Source of the DNA: a virus
Taxonomy: Duplodnaviria; Caudoviricetes
IMG/VR virus record: IMGVR_UViG_3300030106_004085
Span: 1 to 57,212 of that record
Strand: one strand, 5' to 3'
Length of the DNA: 57,212 bases
Both the position numbers and the translations under genes were made by a program. Below are positions 10,501-19,727 of this stretch, piece by piece (the first letter of the stretch is position 1; each line of letters begins with the position of its first letter). Below the pieces are notes generated by a model. It was not told where the DNA came from and made no database searches. It saw only the letters and a list, made by a program, of their open reading frames with translations.

Positions 10501-11358
10501 ATATATATCCCTAGGTGCCTGATGGTAATCCATCCAACTGCCAGAGTATTGAGAAGGATCAAAATCGTCTAAGCCGCCTGGGTAGTTAGGATTGCTTGGA
10601 TCGGCTTGGCCACCGCCATCGCCCTGACCTCCGCCTTGATTTCCACCTTGATTTCCACCTTGATTTCCACCACCTTGATTTCCACCACCTTGGCCGCCTC
10701 CTTGATCTCCTCCGCCAGCTGGATCTAATGGCTGTGGCCAGTCCTGCTTACCTGGAATTCTAGGCCTTTGGTTTGCTGGCATACCTAATATCTGGTTTAG
10801 CCTATCAACAGGATTAAGAGCAAGATTTTGCTGCATTTGCTGGGCATTTTGCTGGCCTAGCTGCTGTTGCCCTTGCTGCTGCTGTTGCTGATCTTGTTGC
10901 TGGTCTTGCTGCTGGTTTCCAGCCACAGCGTCATTTACCGCTTGCTTGTCTGCTTCGTAATTTGTGCCCGCTTGCTGAGATAAAGAACCTTGGGTTCCTT
11001 GGTTAGCTGCATTTGCCAAGCCAGCAAACGAACTTTGAGAACCTATCCCCGACAGCCCTCCAAAGGACTGAGATGCCTGGTTTTGTTCGGAAAAAGTATC
11101 ACGACCTACTCCAGTCTGGCCGGGCTTGCTTGCATATCCCATCTTAAAGGGAGCTGGAGATTCAAACTTTGGGGCAGCTCCTCCTTGATGGGTAGTTTGA
11201 GATTGCAATCCTCCTATCGAGTCGCGAAGCTGAACTGCATTTAACTTGTCTTCAGGCTTAAACTCGTTTGTATCTAATTGATTCTTGTCTATTTGATTGT
11301 ACAAGCGTCCAATTTTTTCAGATTCCCATCCTAAAATAGGATTGCGTTTAAGAGGCAT
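7522..11358 (-). CDS. Large Q/G/N-rich putative internal virion (ejection) protein
   Basis: 1278 aa with poly-Q tracts, GGNQ repeats and NxNVQAL repeats. Position matches podovirus ejection genes. Confidence 0.6.
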   Translation of the reverse strand: MPLKRNPILGWESEKIGRLYNQIDKNQLDTNEFKPEDKLNAVQLRDSIGGLQSQTTHQGGAAPKFESPAPFKMGYASKPGQTGVGRDTFSEQNQASQSFGGLSGIGSQSSFAGLANAANQGTQGSLSQQAGTNYEADKQAVNDAVAGNQQQDQQQDQQQQQQGQQQLGQQNAQQMQQNLALNPVDRLNQILGMPANQRPRIPGKQDWPQPLDPAGGGDQGGGQGGGNQGGGNQGGNQGGNQGGGQGDGGGQADPSNPNYPGGLDDFDPSQYSGSWMDYHQAPRDIYGGAWGDNVDWLNSDTTLRSIYDEFGEGTYFDWVKEVYPDLASAGISSAALREYFGGRAGNKVREFEFGAAAHSDNYVSGQDPNDNRLLYAEVPEELFNNLQAKFAEFNIRDHAVQLADQFRSADARAIFDQMRPFFANPDQAIAALTGLNPVKAGVTILKGEADRLMVKVNDFLSNYTPEKADDLFNDFSMAFKTAIPLVTPIVQKAMLYKESAPEIIRPYADHLSFGPPPPGQPQAYYEVTDETGNVTKVWLKNSASDPANADPSYNYGPDPRDDDANWEVTEWKSDVVHMPAPLIPINVMAPQAKGELLNQFCEWFANIYGQGDTGGMGMGGGDVFGGGDETFGGGEDYDEGFAQGSNQNSFGATQGSQGQNPIDQLNQIVGGDQGAVDPLVGAIGAQQPAAQQSNAVNPNVQALNQMGNTQQQPAETVSGVAQQQTDPISGALIGAQPHQPAVSSGVNANVQALQAMMDNPVVNALAGNQQQQAQPAAQVNPQVNANVQALQGMNAQPQQQNALGSQDWRANLGANTDALSQVLSGQLTPEQKYQNAMGKELERLPGYPLKFLHTPSGKTITSSEAMMMYGMSEEEAKLKESLTNRAAEARAAGERFQPTAGNPTNPAEAEERRRAALGEFDDPNEVAALEQSIRDSLQQSSDSNQQWSMYNYGDLDKQAYQSGSISLDDFMSWVDDQKYNNNVEDPDNRQLSLMLTGLSDEDLGNLDIESLLRNTRTQPGKLTAVEIETRRRLEQPGFWNDIELDPDKQYLFTDPLTGSQMMASGADVLKMSTMGLNKHMGHDILRILKNEDGSYVFDPTVTPLERKEQQVADEFNYRETANTQGNQNDIDWKPWTGENTATGEEVSDIKQILPENYDKANEGTGLNGNKSFFDILGANAFVDSAGRALMFFKRVYDKPLPYLVTDPDTGQQYWKTPKENTVRIDLQPVDTVTMLAAGLTRPDTKQEWLNQAVHPSSLTQEEINQALGNASWYRGTLT
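9204..9218. promoter_or_regulatory. Palindrome site 2 CTGAAACGGTTTCAG (in 1278-aa gene)
   Basis: Perfect match. Confidence 0.8.
10634..10690 (-). repeat. Tandem 12-15 bp coding repeat (GGNQ)n
   Basis: About 4 ccttgatttcca units encode GGGNQGGGNQGGNQGGNQ. Confidence 0.85.
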
Positions 11359-11405
11359 TGCTTCTTCCTTGTTGTATTTAAGAAGTTTTTATAAAAAACT
11401 ACGTC

Positions 11406-12479
11406 TTAGCCTTGTCCAAAAGTACCCATTGCTAATTGTGCAATTCTGTTTTGGAGATCTAGTATACTGCTATTAGCGGCACGGGCGTTTCTTGCAGCTT
11501 TGCCTTGGTTGGCTGCTTGCTGCATAGCAGCATTGCCTTGGTTGCCTTGCATTGCCAGGCCTGTATTGGCAGCGTTTATACCTGCTGAAGCTTGTCCGGC
11601 TAATCCCTGCATTTGCTGTTGGCTAGACTGGGTGTTTCTTTGAGCATTATTTTTGGCTTGGCTAAGCTCAGAGCCGCCGGCCATCATATCGTTGTATGCT
11701 TGTGCATTTCCACCGCCTACATCTGCTCGTGCGGTTCTATCTAGAAGCTGGGGGTTTACTTTTGTAGGTGAGTCTATTCCAGTGTTAAAATTCACCTTAC
11801 CATCCTTGGTATTCACAAACTGATTTCCCGAAGCATTATAAATACCGCCAATAGAAGGTAATGCCCCGACTCCACCTACTACTCCACCTGCTCCTCCACC
11901 GGCTCCACCGCTGCCAGCCCCTCCTATATTTCCACCAATATTGGCCAAAGCCTCCATCAGTTTATCCATTCGCTGCGTTTCGGCTTCGCGATCAAGGTTT
12001 TGTTGCTCCAGATCAGCGAGTTTGAATGCACCTCTTTGGTTGTATTCATCAGTCCACTGCCTTGAATCCCTATTGAACTGATCATAATGATCCCATCGGG
12101 CATACATGTCATCAATCATCTTCTGTAAAGCCCATTGCCCATACTGCGGATCGTAATAGCTGGGCATGTAATTAGGATTGTCTGGTGTCGCTAATTGATT
12201 CATTTGGCCATTTCCTTGATTATTTCCTTGATTATTTCCTCTGTTGTTTCCTTGTTGATGTTGAGGGTTCCATTTTGCAGCGTTTTGAGTTAGCCATTTA
12301 TACAAAATTGGTGAAGCAAATCGACCTGTAGGGCTAACCGGGACAGCAGTTCCTCTCGCGTTAATTACATGCGGAACACCACCTATCAGCCTAAGGCTTC
12401 CGCCGTGATCGCCAACAATTCCCGCTAGTACATTCCTCGGGATTTCTTTCCCGTCCATTAAATCTTTGAATATGCTCAT
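11406..12479 (-). CDS. G/N/Q/A-rich putative ejection (pilot-like) protein
   Basis: 357 aa with a Gly tract and an Ala/Gln/Asn-rich C-terminus typical of DNA-transfer proteins. Confidence 0.55.
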   Translation of the reverse strand: MSIFKDLMDGKEIPRNVLAGIVGDHGGSLRLIGGVPHVINARGTAVPVSPTGRFASPILYKWLTQNAAKWNPQHQQGNNRGNNQGNNQGNGQMNQLATPDNPNYMPSYYDPQYGQWALQKMIDDMYARWDHYDQFNRDSRQWTDEYNQRGAFKLADLEQQNLDREAETQRMDKLMEALANIGGNIGGAGSGGAGGGAGGVVGGVGALPSIGGIYNASGNQFVNTKDGKVNFNTGIDSPTKVNPQLLDRTARADVGGGNAQAYNDMMAGGSELSQAKNNAQRNTQSSQQQMQGLAGQASAGINAANTGLAMQGNQGNAAMQQAANQGKAARNARAANSSILDLQNRIAQLAMGTFGQG

Positions 12480-13339
12480 TACTGTAACCTGTTATTTGAG
12501 TTGTTGAGTCTTTCGTATACTGCAACATATACATAAGGCGGTACACTTGAAGCTGACGGGCTTCCGCTTCCACCGGCACCTGTAAAAGTTACGCTTACAT
12601 TGCTTAGATCAATGCCTGAATCCCCTGTTGGCGTTCCAGTAACAACATCAACCGTACTTTCACTGCCCGTTCCGATGGTGCTTTGGCTAAGTGTATGACT
12701 GTGGTTGCCTATGTCTGTAGCACTAACAGTACCCTCAATGGTTAAGCTACTACTTGTAGCGCCACCAGTAGTTCCCGAACTGCTACTTGCATTCCATTGT
12801 CGCAAAAACCGGTCTTTACCGTCTATACCAGAACCGCCCTTCTCCTTGGAGTTGTTAGTACCATCCATTAAAGCCCAGCCCTTTATTGCTCTTTCTGTTT
12901 GAGTGCTATGAAGAAGGGAACCTATCCGAGCGTCACCATAGCCCACGGCGGTATATGATCCGTCGTTGGATGCAAAGAACATAATAACATCGCCCTCTTC
13001 TACATTAGGATCCTGGGAGGGGGATACAGGGAGATATATCTTTTTAACGTGACCCGTCTTTCTTTTTCCTACAGGGTCTTCGCATTCATCAGCATATACA
13101 TATGCTATTGGCCCCCCTTGGCTTGGAGGATCATCGTCATATTGCCAGTTTGTATTAGCGATAGCCCATCTCGCAGATTTCAAGTCTGGAGAAGCAATGG
13201 CTTTAGTTACTACAATGTTCCCGTGATGCTCTAGATCAGAGTCGGGGTTTGTTAAGATACTTTTTAATATCTCAACTTGGCGTATAGGCATGCCTTCGTG
13301 AACAAGCCGATCGAATTGGACTGCATGCTTACTGAACAT
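12479..13339 (-). CDS. Tail fibre/collar-domain protein
   Basis: The C-half has the tail-collar-like pattern GWALMDGTN...DRFL...TTGG...HSHT...PPYVYVAVYERL. The ATG at 13339 overlaps the upstream stop. Confidence 0.6.
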   Translation of the reverse strand: MFSKHAVQFDRLVHEGMPIRQVEILKSILTNPDSDLEHHGNIVVTKAIASPDLKSARWAIANTNWQYDDDPPSQGGPIAYVYADECEDPVGKRKTGHVKKIYLPVSPSQDPNVEEGDVIMFFASNDGSYTAVGYGDARIGSLLHSTQTERAIKGWALMDGTNNSKEKGGSGIDGKDRFLRQWNASSSSGTTGGATSSSLTIEGTVSATDIGNHSHTLSQSTIGTGSESTVDVVTGTPTGDSGIDLSNVSVTFTGAGGSGSPSASSVPPYVYVAVYERLNNSNNRLQ

Positions 13340-16073
13340 CAGAACTGCCAACCCCTTTAATGTCTACTTCCCTAATCTTTGGCGTTTTATCGGATCCATA
13401 CCCTCTGATTTCAATTGCAACCTTATGATCTGATTGTGCCATCCCCGAAGACATTCCATCGAAACTAAAAGATTCCTTACCAGTTGATTCAGACAAGATA
13501 CTCGCATCCTTATCCATATTGATAACTACATCTTGCTTGTGCTCTTCTTTTATTTCGACACCATCTCCTAGCTTTTGTGCAATTGCAAATTCAACAGGAG
13601 ATTCATCGTTGTTCATATACAGACGTACATCACAAGATTGCTCACCGTCGATTGGGGAGAACTCAATAGAGACCTCTCTGGCTTCACGTTCTTCGGTTTG
13701 TTCAATGGGGAATGAACCTGTCTTCCAGTTCCAGGGTATAGCACCGACAATATACTTGCTTGTTGAATCCGGGTTAGTTGTCCAGTTAGGGCTTACAGTT
13801 AATGCTGTAGAAGTTTGTGAGATTACAGTTCTTTTTTGCCCCTTTCCAGTGCCATCGTATATATAAACAAAAGCATTAACGCAGGCACTGGTAAATGTTG
13901 CTGAACTATCTGTAATAGAACTGGCGTTTGACGAATCTACTACACCCTTAATCTCAGAAGTCACAACATCTGTAGCTCCAGCATCAGCCATATAGACAGC
14001 ACTATTTTCTGAACTAAATAAAATCCTAGGCTGCCCATCTTTTTCTACGGAAGCGGCAGATGTTATTTGAGTTGCGTACTCCATTGGGTCAAAGGTTTCG
14101 CGTTTAATGTTGTAAACCAAAGCCCGTTTAGGATGATTACCCGTATCCCCTACAAAGCATACGAAAAAGTAAACCTTTTCTTTTAGTCGATCTGCTTTGA
14201 CAAAAAAGTTCTGTGATTTAGTGAAGTCTATTTTGTCTCCAGTACCATCTTTCCTAAAGATGTCGTGAATAGATTCCGATATTGATTCTGACTTTGTACC
14301 ATCGAAAACATAGCAGCCCGAATCATCCATTAGGTAAGCAACATTCTCAAAATAGTCCCAGCAATAATGGTTAAATGCACCACGGTCATCTAGGAAGCGA
14401 ATGCTACCGTCTTTGACAGGCTCCTGACTATAAGACAATGCGTACTTGTGCCTCTGTGAAAGAATGTATAAGTACGGGCCATATGGCATAGCGCCGACAA
14501 TCTCGTCATCATCTCCAGAGTTTTCTTGAAGTGTCATTGTATTTGTAGATGGCACACTCTCAGGCTCATCTTGATAGCTGTAGTAAATCTGGCGACGCTT
14601 TTGCTTTGGCGGGTATATAGTGTAGTTAGTTAAGCTGGCAACCTGGATGTATTCAGATACATACAACTTAGTCGCACTTGCGTACCCAGTTATCTTTATA
14701 GGTTTATCTACACCGTCTATCTCCATATACCGACCAACCATGGATTCAGTCCATTCAGTACCAGAACCTTCCACTGCCCTGTCGAGGCCACCAGATAAAC
14801 TTCTTGCAGTACCCTTGTTGTACTTAACAATCCCAAAATAAAAGTACCTATCCTGGAACATAACTACATAAGCCATGTCATTTGGTGGTGGTGCAAATCG
14901 CCTTGCTACAAGGGTATTGTCTGTTGGTGGGTTTAGTAAAACCAGTAAGACATCTTCATTTACAGAGAGATTTAATGTCGGGTCATCAAATGTATCTTCG
15001 TATGACACATGCGTGAATGTAATTCCGGTACCGCCACCAGTGCCATCTTCACCACCAGGGATCGTAACATCAGTAAGTACCATCTGGCCACCATTTGTAG
15101 ACACTTCCTCTGTGATGTTACAACTGACATTCATATAAGATTTAGATGAATTAGCGATAGTTATTTTTTGGCCTACTGCCCAGGTTTCTGAATCTCCAAT
15201 TAAAGCCAGCTTACCTCCGCTGGCAAGTGTCATTCGTATATTCCCCGATATTGCAAACTTAGCAATTTTGTAATAAACATTGCTAACTCCAGAGGTAGTC
15301 CTCCAAAGCTCATACCTATCGACCCTGGACTCAGAAGAAGCTTTTGCACCACTCCAATTCCAGACAAACTTGTCGGCTGTGAAAGCCTTAACTGTATTTT
15401 CAGTGCTTAAACTACTTACTGTTGGCTTAGAAGAGTTATCGACAAACCTATAGGCGAACTTATAAGTACCCTTGGTCGCACCAGTCCCAGAAGCAGAGCA
15501 TGCGCCACCGCCCACCCTTGCCCCATCGAACGATGTGCCATCTACATCAAACTGAGTTGCCGACACTTGAGTGACTTCAAAAGTTCCCCCATTAAGATCA
15601 CCTGCCATGGCTCCTGTCGAAACGATACCCCCTATTAAAACTTCATCGCCAGTTGAAAATCCATGATCTGTCGATGTGGTAATTCGATACGGGCCATTAG
15701 AACCCGTGGAGTCAGCTACAGCACTTATAGTTAAAATAGAGCTTCTTGTAATGCTAAGTACCTGACTAGGTTCATTAATACCAAGATCAACGGCGGAATT
15801 AGATACGCCGTCCCATATTAGACCCCGATCTATACCATTAACACCTATTACTTCCCCTGTCCTAGTTTTACAAAAACACATCTTTTGGAATGTGTGATAC
15901 CCAGTACCAATAGTTTTTTCAGACGAAAAGGTTGCTGGCTGTATTCCTTCGCGAGGAGATATTTCACCATACTTAGTTGTTATTAAGTTGGTTTGATCTG
16001 ACGCAGCACCGCCAGGTAAATCTCCCGCATCAGCATCTGTTACAAGACCCTTGAATACTTTGATCTTTGGCAT
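13329..16073 (-). CDS. Tail nozzle / packaged-DNA stabilisation protein (P22 gp10 / T7 gp12-like)
   Basis: 914 aa, beta-rich, N-terminal FKGLVTD motif and a propeller-like IYYSYQDEPES segment. Follows the adaptor gene. Confidence 0.65.
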   Translation of the reverse strand: MPKIKVFKGLVTDADAGDLPGGAASDQTNLITTKYGEISPREGIQPATFSSEKTIGTGYHTFQKMCFCKTRTGEVIGVNGIDRGLIWDGVSNSAVDLGINEPSQVLSITRSSILTISAVADSTGSNGPYRITTSTDHGFSTGDEVLIGGIVSTGAMAGDLNGGTFEVTQVSATQFDVDGTSFDGARVGGGACSASGTGATKGTYKFAYRFVDNSSKPTVSSLSTENTVKAFTADKFVWNWSGAKASSESRVDRYELWRTTSGVSNVYYKIAKFAISGNIRMTLASGGKLALIGDSETWAVGQKITIANSSKSYMNVSCNITEEVSTNGGQMVLTDVTIPGGEDGTGGGTGITFTHVSYEDTFDDPTLNLSVNEDVLLVLLNPPTDNTLVARRFAPPPNDMAYVVMFQDRYFYFGIVKYNKGTARSLSGGLDRAVEGSGTEWTESMVGRYMEIDGVDKPIKITGYASATKLYVSEYIQVASLTNYTIYPPKQKRRQIYYSYQDEPESVPSTNTMTLQENSGDDDEIVGAMPYGPYLYILSQRHKYALSYSQEPVKDGSIRFLDDRGAFNHYCWDYFENVAYLMDDSGCYVFDGTKSESISESIHDIFRKDGTGDKIDFTKSQNFFVKADRLKEKVYFFVCFVGDTGNHPKRALVYNIKRETFDPMEYATQITSAASVEKDGQPRILFSSENSAVYMADAGATDVVTSEIKGVVDSSNASSITDSSATFTSACVNAFVYIYDGTGKGQKRTVISQTSTALTVSPNWTTNPDSTSKYIVGAIPWNWKTGSFPIEQTEEREAREVSIEFSPIDGEQSCDVRLYMNNDESPVEFAIAQKLGDGVEIKEEHKQDVVINMDKDASILSESTGKESFSFDGMSSGMAQSDHKVAIEIRGYGSDKTPKIREVDIKGVGSSDVQ

Positions 16074-16075
16074 AA

Positions 16076-17254
16076 TTAGCTACTCGTAGTAATGACATTG
16101 GATAAATGAGTAAATAGGTAATCGTAGCGGGTCATTCTACCTGAGCTATTCATAGCGACTCTGGATTCAGCCTCTAAAGCCCGTCTCAATTCAAAGTCAG
16201 CAACTTTTTGTGCAGTTACTGTACCTCGCTGGTCATTAGAAAATCTAGCGAGCCTGTATTCCATTTGTGCCTTAAAAGCTTCTAGCATATTATCTGACAT
16301 GTCTATGGGATCAGATATTAAAAGCTTTGCGCCCGAATAAGCTTGGGAAAGGGTTCCTAAAATGCTAATAGTTCCTGAACCTACGGCTGTAATTTCATGC
16401 TGCTCATTAAACGGGTTTGATCCAGAGAAGCCGGTAGGCAATGCGGAATCAGCAGCAAGGCGAACAATAGATCCAACCATAGAGCTAGGCATGGTAACAG
16501 CACCACTTGAATCGGCAACCGATGTGATAGCGGGATCGGCTGAAGTTGAACCATTGGCTGTACAGGTTCTGGCCTTTGCTTCTGTACCAGACCATCGCAA
16601 TACACGGGGTTTTCTTCGGTACATAAACATTAACGGTTCAGCTGTACTAGGATTTGGATCAACATAAAGCGCCCACACACCCTTGTCGTGAGGATCTTTC
16701 ATGATAGTCCAAGCCCAAGTTTGCCCTGTTCCCGAGAAATAGCGTTCCCTTTTTTGCCACTCTGTAGGCGAAATGTAATAAGTCACCCAGTTATTCTTCT
16801 CTATCCCGACCTCGTAAATCCGCTGCATGTCTGATGGCAAGGGGTAGATGCTTCTATGGATAGTATATTTAGTACCCCCTGAAATCGTTTCAGTGGGCTT
16901 TAATGTACCAAGATTGAGAACAGTGGTACTAACTCTCTTTGAGACATCGTACAAGTCATCGCCAATTTCAATCCGGCCATACTTAGCCCATGTAGGCCAA
17001 GTGCCTCCAGTTAAAGTTAGCTCATTGGTAGATGTGTTATACGCGACTGTCCCTGTAGAGTAAGAGGCATCTAAATTTACACGACCTTCGGTCATGTAGT
17101 ATTGCCATTCATTGCCCATGGCTATATCTCGATATGCGCCCTGAATAACTTCTTTGTGCATTCGCAAGTCTTTAGTTCTTGCGCCACCATCAAGCAAACT
17201 TGTAAGGTAGGATAGCATGTCGTCATAAGTAACGTATCGTTCTGATATTGACAT
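16076..17254 (-). CDS. Head-tail adaptor-like protein with inserted beta domains
   Basis: 392 aa with helical ends and YPLPSD and W-LYVDPNP motifs. Lies immediately upstream of the nozzle gene. Confidence 0.55.
   Translation of the reverse strand: MSISERYVTYDDMLSYLTSLLDGGARTKDLRMHKEVIQGAYRDIAMGNEWQYYMTEGRVNLDASYSTGTVAYNTSTNELTLTGGTWPTWAKYGRIEIGDDLYDVSKRVSTTVLNLGTLKPTETISGGTKYTIHRSIYPLPSDMQRIYEVGIEKNNWVTYYISPTEWQKRERYFSGTGQTWAWTIMKDPHDKGVWALYVDPNPSTAEPLMFMYRRKPRVLRWSGTEAKARTCTANGSTSADPAITSVADSSGAVTMPSSMVGSIVRLAADSALPTGFSGSNPFNEQHEITAVGSGTISILGTLSQAYSGAKLLISDPIDMSDNMLEAFKAQMEYRLARFSNDQRGTVTAQKVADFELRRALEAESRVAMNSSGRMTRYDYLFTHLSNVITTSS
16879..16893. promoter_or_regulatory. Palindrome site 3 CTGAAATCGTTTCAG (in adaptor gene)
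   Basis: Perfect match. Confidence 0.8.
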
Positions 17255-19152
17255 TAAAAGCCTCCGGTTCTGTCAGGCCTATAATTGGTACTAAAGTTTT
17301 CCAATACCTTCAAAGGATCGGCAACACCCTGTTCCAATAACCTCTTAATCATTTCCTTTACCTCTGGAGAAGCGTTTGACTCTAGTACCCTTTGAATGAC
17401 GCTGCTCGTTGATAACGGATTCGCCACTTCAGAAGGGATAGGCCTTGTTGACTCAAAAGTAGACGGGCCAGGCATGGGCGCCGCTTGCGGACTAGAGCCT
17501 CTCTGGATAGCCGCATTAGCGAGAATCTCTAAAGGCGTTGGTGGACTCACACGCTCTGGACTAGCCCCTTCCGCTTGTGCAACTGGCCCTCTATAACTTG
17601 GACTTTCAAAGTGCGTCTGGGGGTAAATAGGATTAACATCACGTTGCATTCCTGGGTCTTGGCTTGGCATATACGCACCTGTTCCAGTTGCATCGCCAAC
17701 ATTAATATAAGGCCAAGTGCTCTTAAAGAGACCCTCTTGGGGTGGCTCCCTTTCTGGAACCGGAGTAACGCCAGGCAAATAAGATCCTTCTGGAGAACCA
17801 ATATAGGGCCATGTTGGTTTTAACGGACTGCGAGCGCCAGGGTTTAATAAATCCATAGCGTCAGATTCTTTAACAGAGTCGTAAAGATTTTCTGCGGCCT
17901 CAACAGTACCTTCAACACCACGTTTACCCATATCCCACAGATTCTTACCGGCTTGTGCAGCGTCACTTGCTCCCTTCCAGTCTTCATAGACTCCTCTCAT
18001 TTCAGCTCCAGCACCTCTGCCCTGAAGAGCTGGATCTGTAGAAGGAAGGCCAGCCGGAGTTACTGTTGGGTCGCCTAGGGCATGCGCCATCTTCAACTCT
18101 TCTTGCGATCGAGTATCTCCTGGAGTGCTACTGCTGTAACCCCAGTCGAAATCCTCCATCATCTCAGCTTCGTAGTTATCGCCAGGTTGAAGAGGAAGGT
18201 TCTGACCAGCAGTTGCACCACTGACACCAGCATCACCCCAGTCGAAATCTTCTTCGTACTCATCTTTGATGCTATAAGGAGATCTTAAATTTTGAGCTGT
18301 ACTATTTGTCGTATATGGAGATGTCCCAGGTATGCTTGGAAAATATCCTGTACCAATAGATCCGCTTGGGCTTTTTGTGTCACCTCGAGGATCTCCAGAC
18401 GCATAGTTAAACTTTGCGTCTGCTAAATCCCATTCTTCAGGCGATGTTCCTTGCATATTTTCATGGGCATCAACAGCTCCTTTCAATTCTTCCGGTGTTC
18501 GCATTCCATGAAGTCTACTCGGCTTAGTTTTCTGGCTGTGTTGCAGATCACTACGAGACCGAATCTTCACTCCATCGTAATATGCTGCGTCAGCACTAGC
18601 AGTCAAGTTGTGATACTCTGATCCTGGATCTTTGACAACAAACTGCATCTTTCCTGAGTTGGGATCCCTGTAATATTGAACCTTACCAGAGCTTTTCCCT
18701 GCATAGTTTCTAATGTCGTCTTCTACTAGAGAATTTCCGCCATTGTCCCCAAAATCTCTTCTAATAGGCTGGCCGTCTTCACCAACTAATCCTGGGGGTT
18801 CATAGACTCCATAATTAGAAAGCATGTTATTTGCGTAGTCTTCATTTCGCTGATCATATTCACCTTTACGGGATCGCTCTCTTTCCTCTTTAGCTTTTCT
18901 TTTAGCTTCTTCTCTAGCGTCATGTTCCGCTTGCTGTTGTGCAATCCTGTCTTTAGTTCGCTGGCCAGGGGTTCGGAAGTTACCGGCGTTTCGAACGCTT
19001 TTAGGAACAGACGGGTGATAACCGCCTGTGCTTGCACCACCATAAGTTACTTCGCCAACAGGATTGTACGTTGTACCACCAGAAGAATATGAAACAGGAT
19101 TCCCCTCTTCATCGAGTCGATTCCCATACCGATCGTATCTTAATTTTGCCAT
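17254..19152 (-). CDS. Pro/Gly/Ser-rich hypothetical virion-module protein
   Basis: 632 aa with duplicated EDFDWG and TWPYI motifs. Translationally coupled to the adaptor gene (TAATG). Confidence 0.65.
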   Translation of the reverse strand: MAKLRYDRYGNRLDEEGNPVSYSSGGTTYNPVGEVTYGGASTGGYHPSVPKSVRNAGNFRTPGQRTKDRIAQQQAEHDAREEAKRKAKEERERSRKGEYDQRNEDYANNMLSNYGVYEPPGLVGEDGQPIRRDFGDNGGNSLVEDDIRNYAGKSSGKVQYYRDPNSGKMQFVVKDPGSEYHNLTASADAAYYDGVKIRSRSDLQHSQKTKPSRLHGMRTPEELKGAVDAHENMQGTSPEEWDLADAKFNYASGDPRGDTKSPSGSIGTGYFPSIPGTSPYTTNSTAQNLRSPYSIKDEYEEDFDWGDAGVSGATAGQNLPLQPGDNYEAEMMEDFDWGYSSSTPGDTRSQEELKMAHALGDPTVTPAGLPSTDPALQGRGAGAEMRGVYEDWKGASDAAQAGKNLWDMGKRGVEGTVEAAENLYDSVKESDAMDLLNPGARSPLKPTWPYIGSPEGSYLPGVTPVPEREPPQEGLFKSTWPYINVGDATGTGAYMPSQDPGMQRDVNPIYPQTHFESPSYRGPVAQAEGASPERVSPPTPLEILANAAIQRGSSPQAAPMPGPSTFESTRPIPSEVANPLSTSSVIQRVLESNASPEVKEMIKRLLEQGVADPLKVLENFSTNYRPDRTGGF

Positions 19153-19154
19153 GG

Positions 19155-19727
19155 TTAAGTTCTCTTTTTCTTAGAATGTTTCTCGATTACTTTATTCTTA
19201 AGGGCTTTTAACTTCTTGGGGCTTTTGGATACTTCTTCTCTAAGCGATGGATTCTTTTGTAATTCCTCAGACATGAACCGATTAACTACATCATCACCCA
19301 TTCGCTTCTTTTTCTTAAACTCCTGAGGTGGTGCTTCATAATTAACGCCACCTGTAGCGCTAAAGCCTTTAGCTTTTAACGCTGCTTTCACATCGTCTTG
19401 GGTAGAAATCCAGGCCATTGGATCATTGGGTCTACCGAGTCCGCTAATATACTTCTTCCCTTGCGTACTTATACCGGCCTTTTTCGCTTGCCGATGTAGC
19501 TCTTGTGCGCCTTTGGGATGTATCTTGTCAGCCCAGTGCTGCTGTCCTTCAAGGAATGCCCTTTCAGTACCTTTAGCACCAGCGGGACTTTGCATTGCCA
19601 ACATAGCTGCAAAACCTGGGTTATTACCTTCATCAATTAAATGCTCGTAAAAATCTAGGCGACCACTATCTTCACACTGCTTGCGGTAGCGGTCGTAGTC
19701 TTTATTCTTGCGGAGATCCTTGGGCAC
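19155..19727 (-). CDS. Basic hypothetical protein downstream of portal
   Basis: 190-aa Lys-rich ORF overlapping the end of the portal gene. Confidence 0.7.
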   Translation of the reverse strand: MPKDLRKNKDYDRYRKQCEDSGRLDFYEHLIDEGNNPGFAAMLAMQSPAGAKGTERAFLEGQQHWADKIHPKGAQELHRQAKKAGISTQGKKYISGLGRPNDPMAWISTQDDVKAALKAKGFSATGGVNYEAPPQEFKKKKRMGDDVVNRFMSEELQKNPSLREEVSKSPKKLKALKNKVIEKHSKKKRT

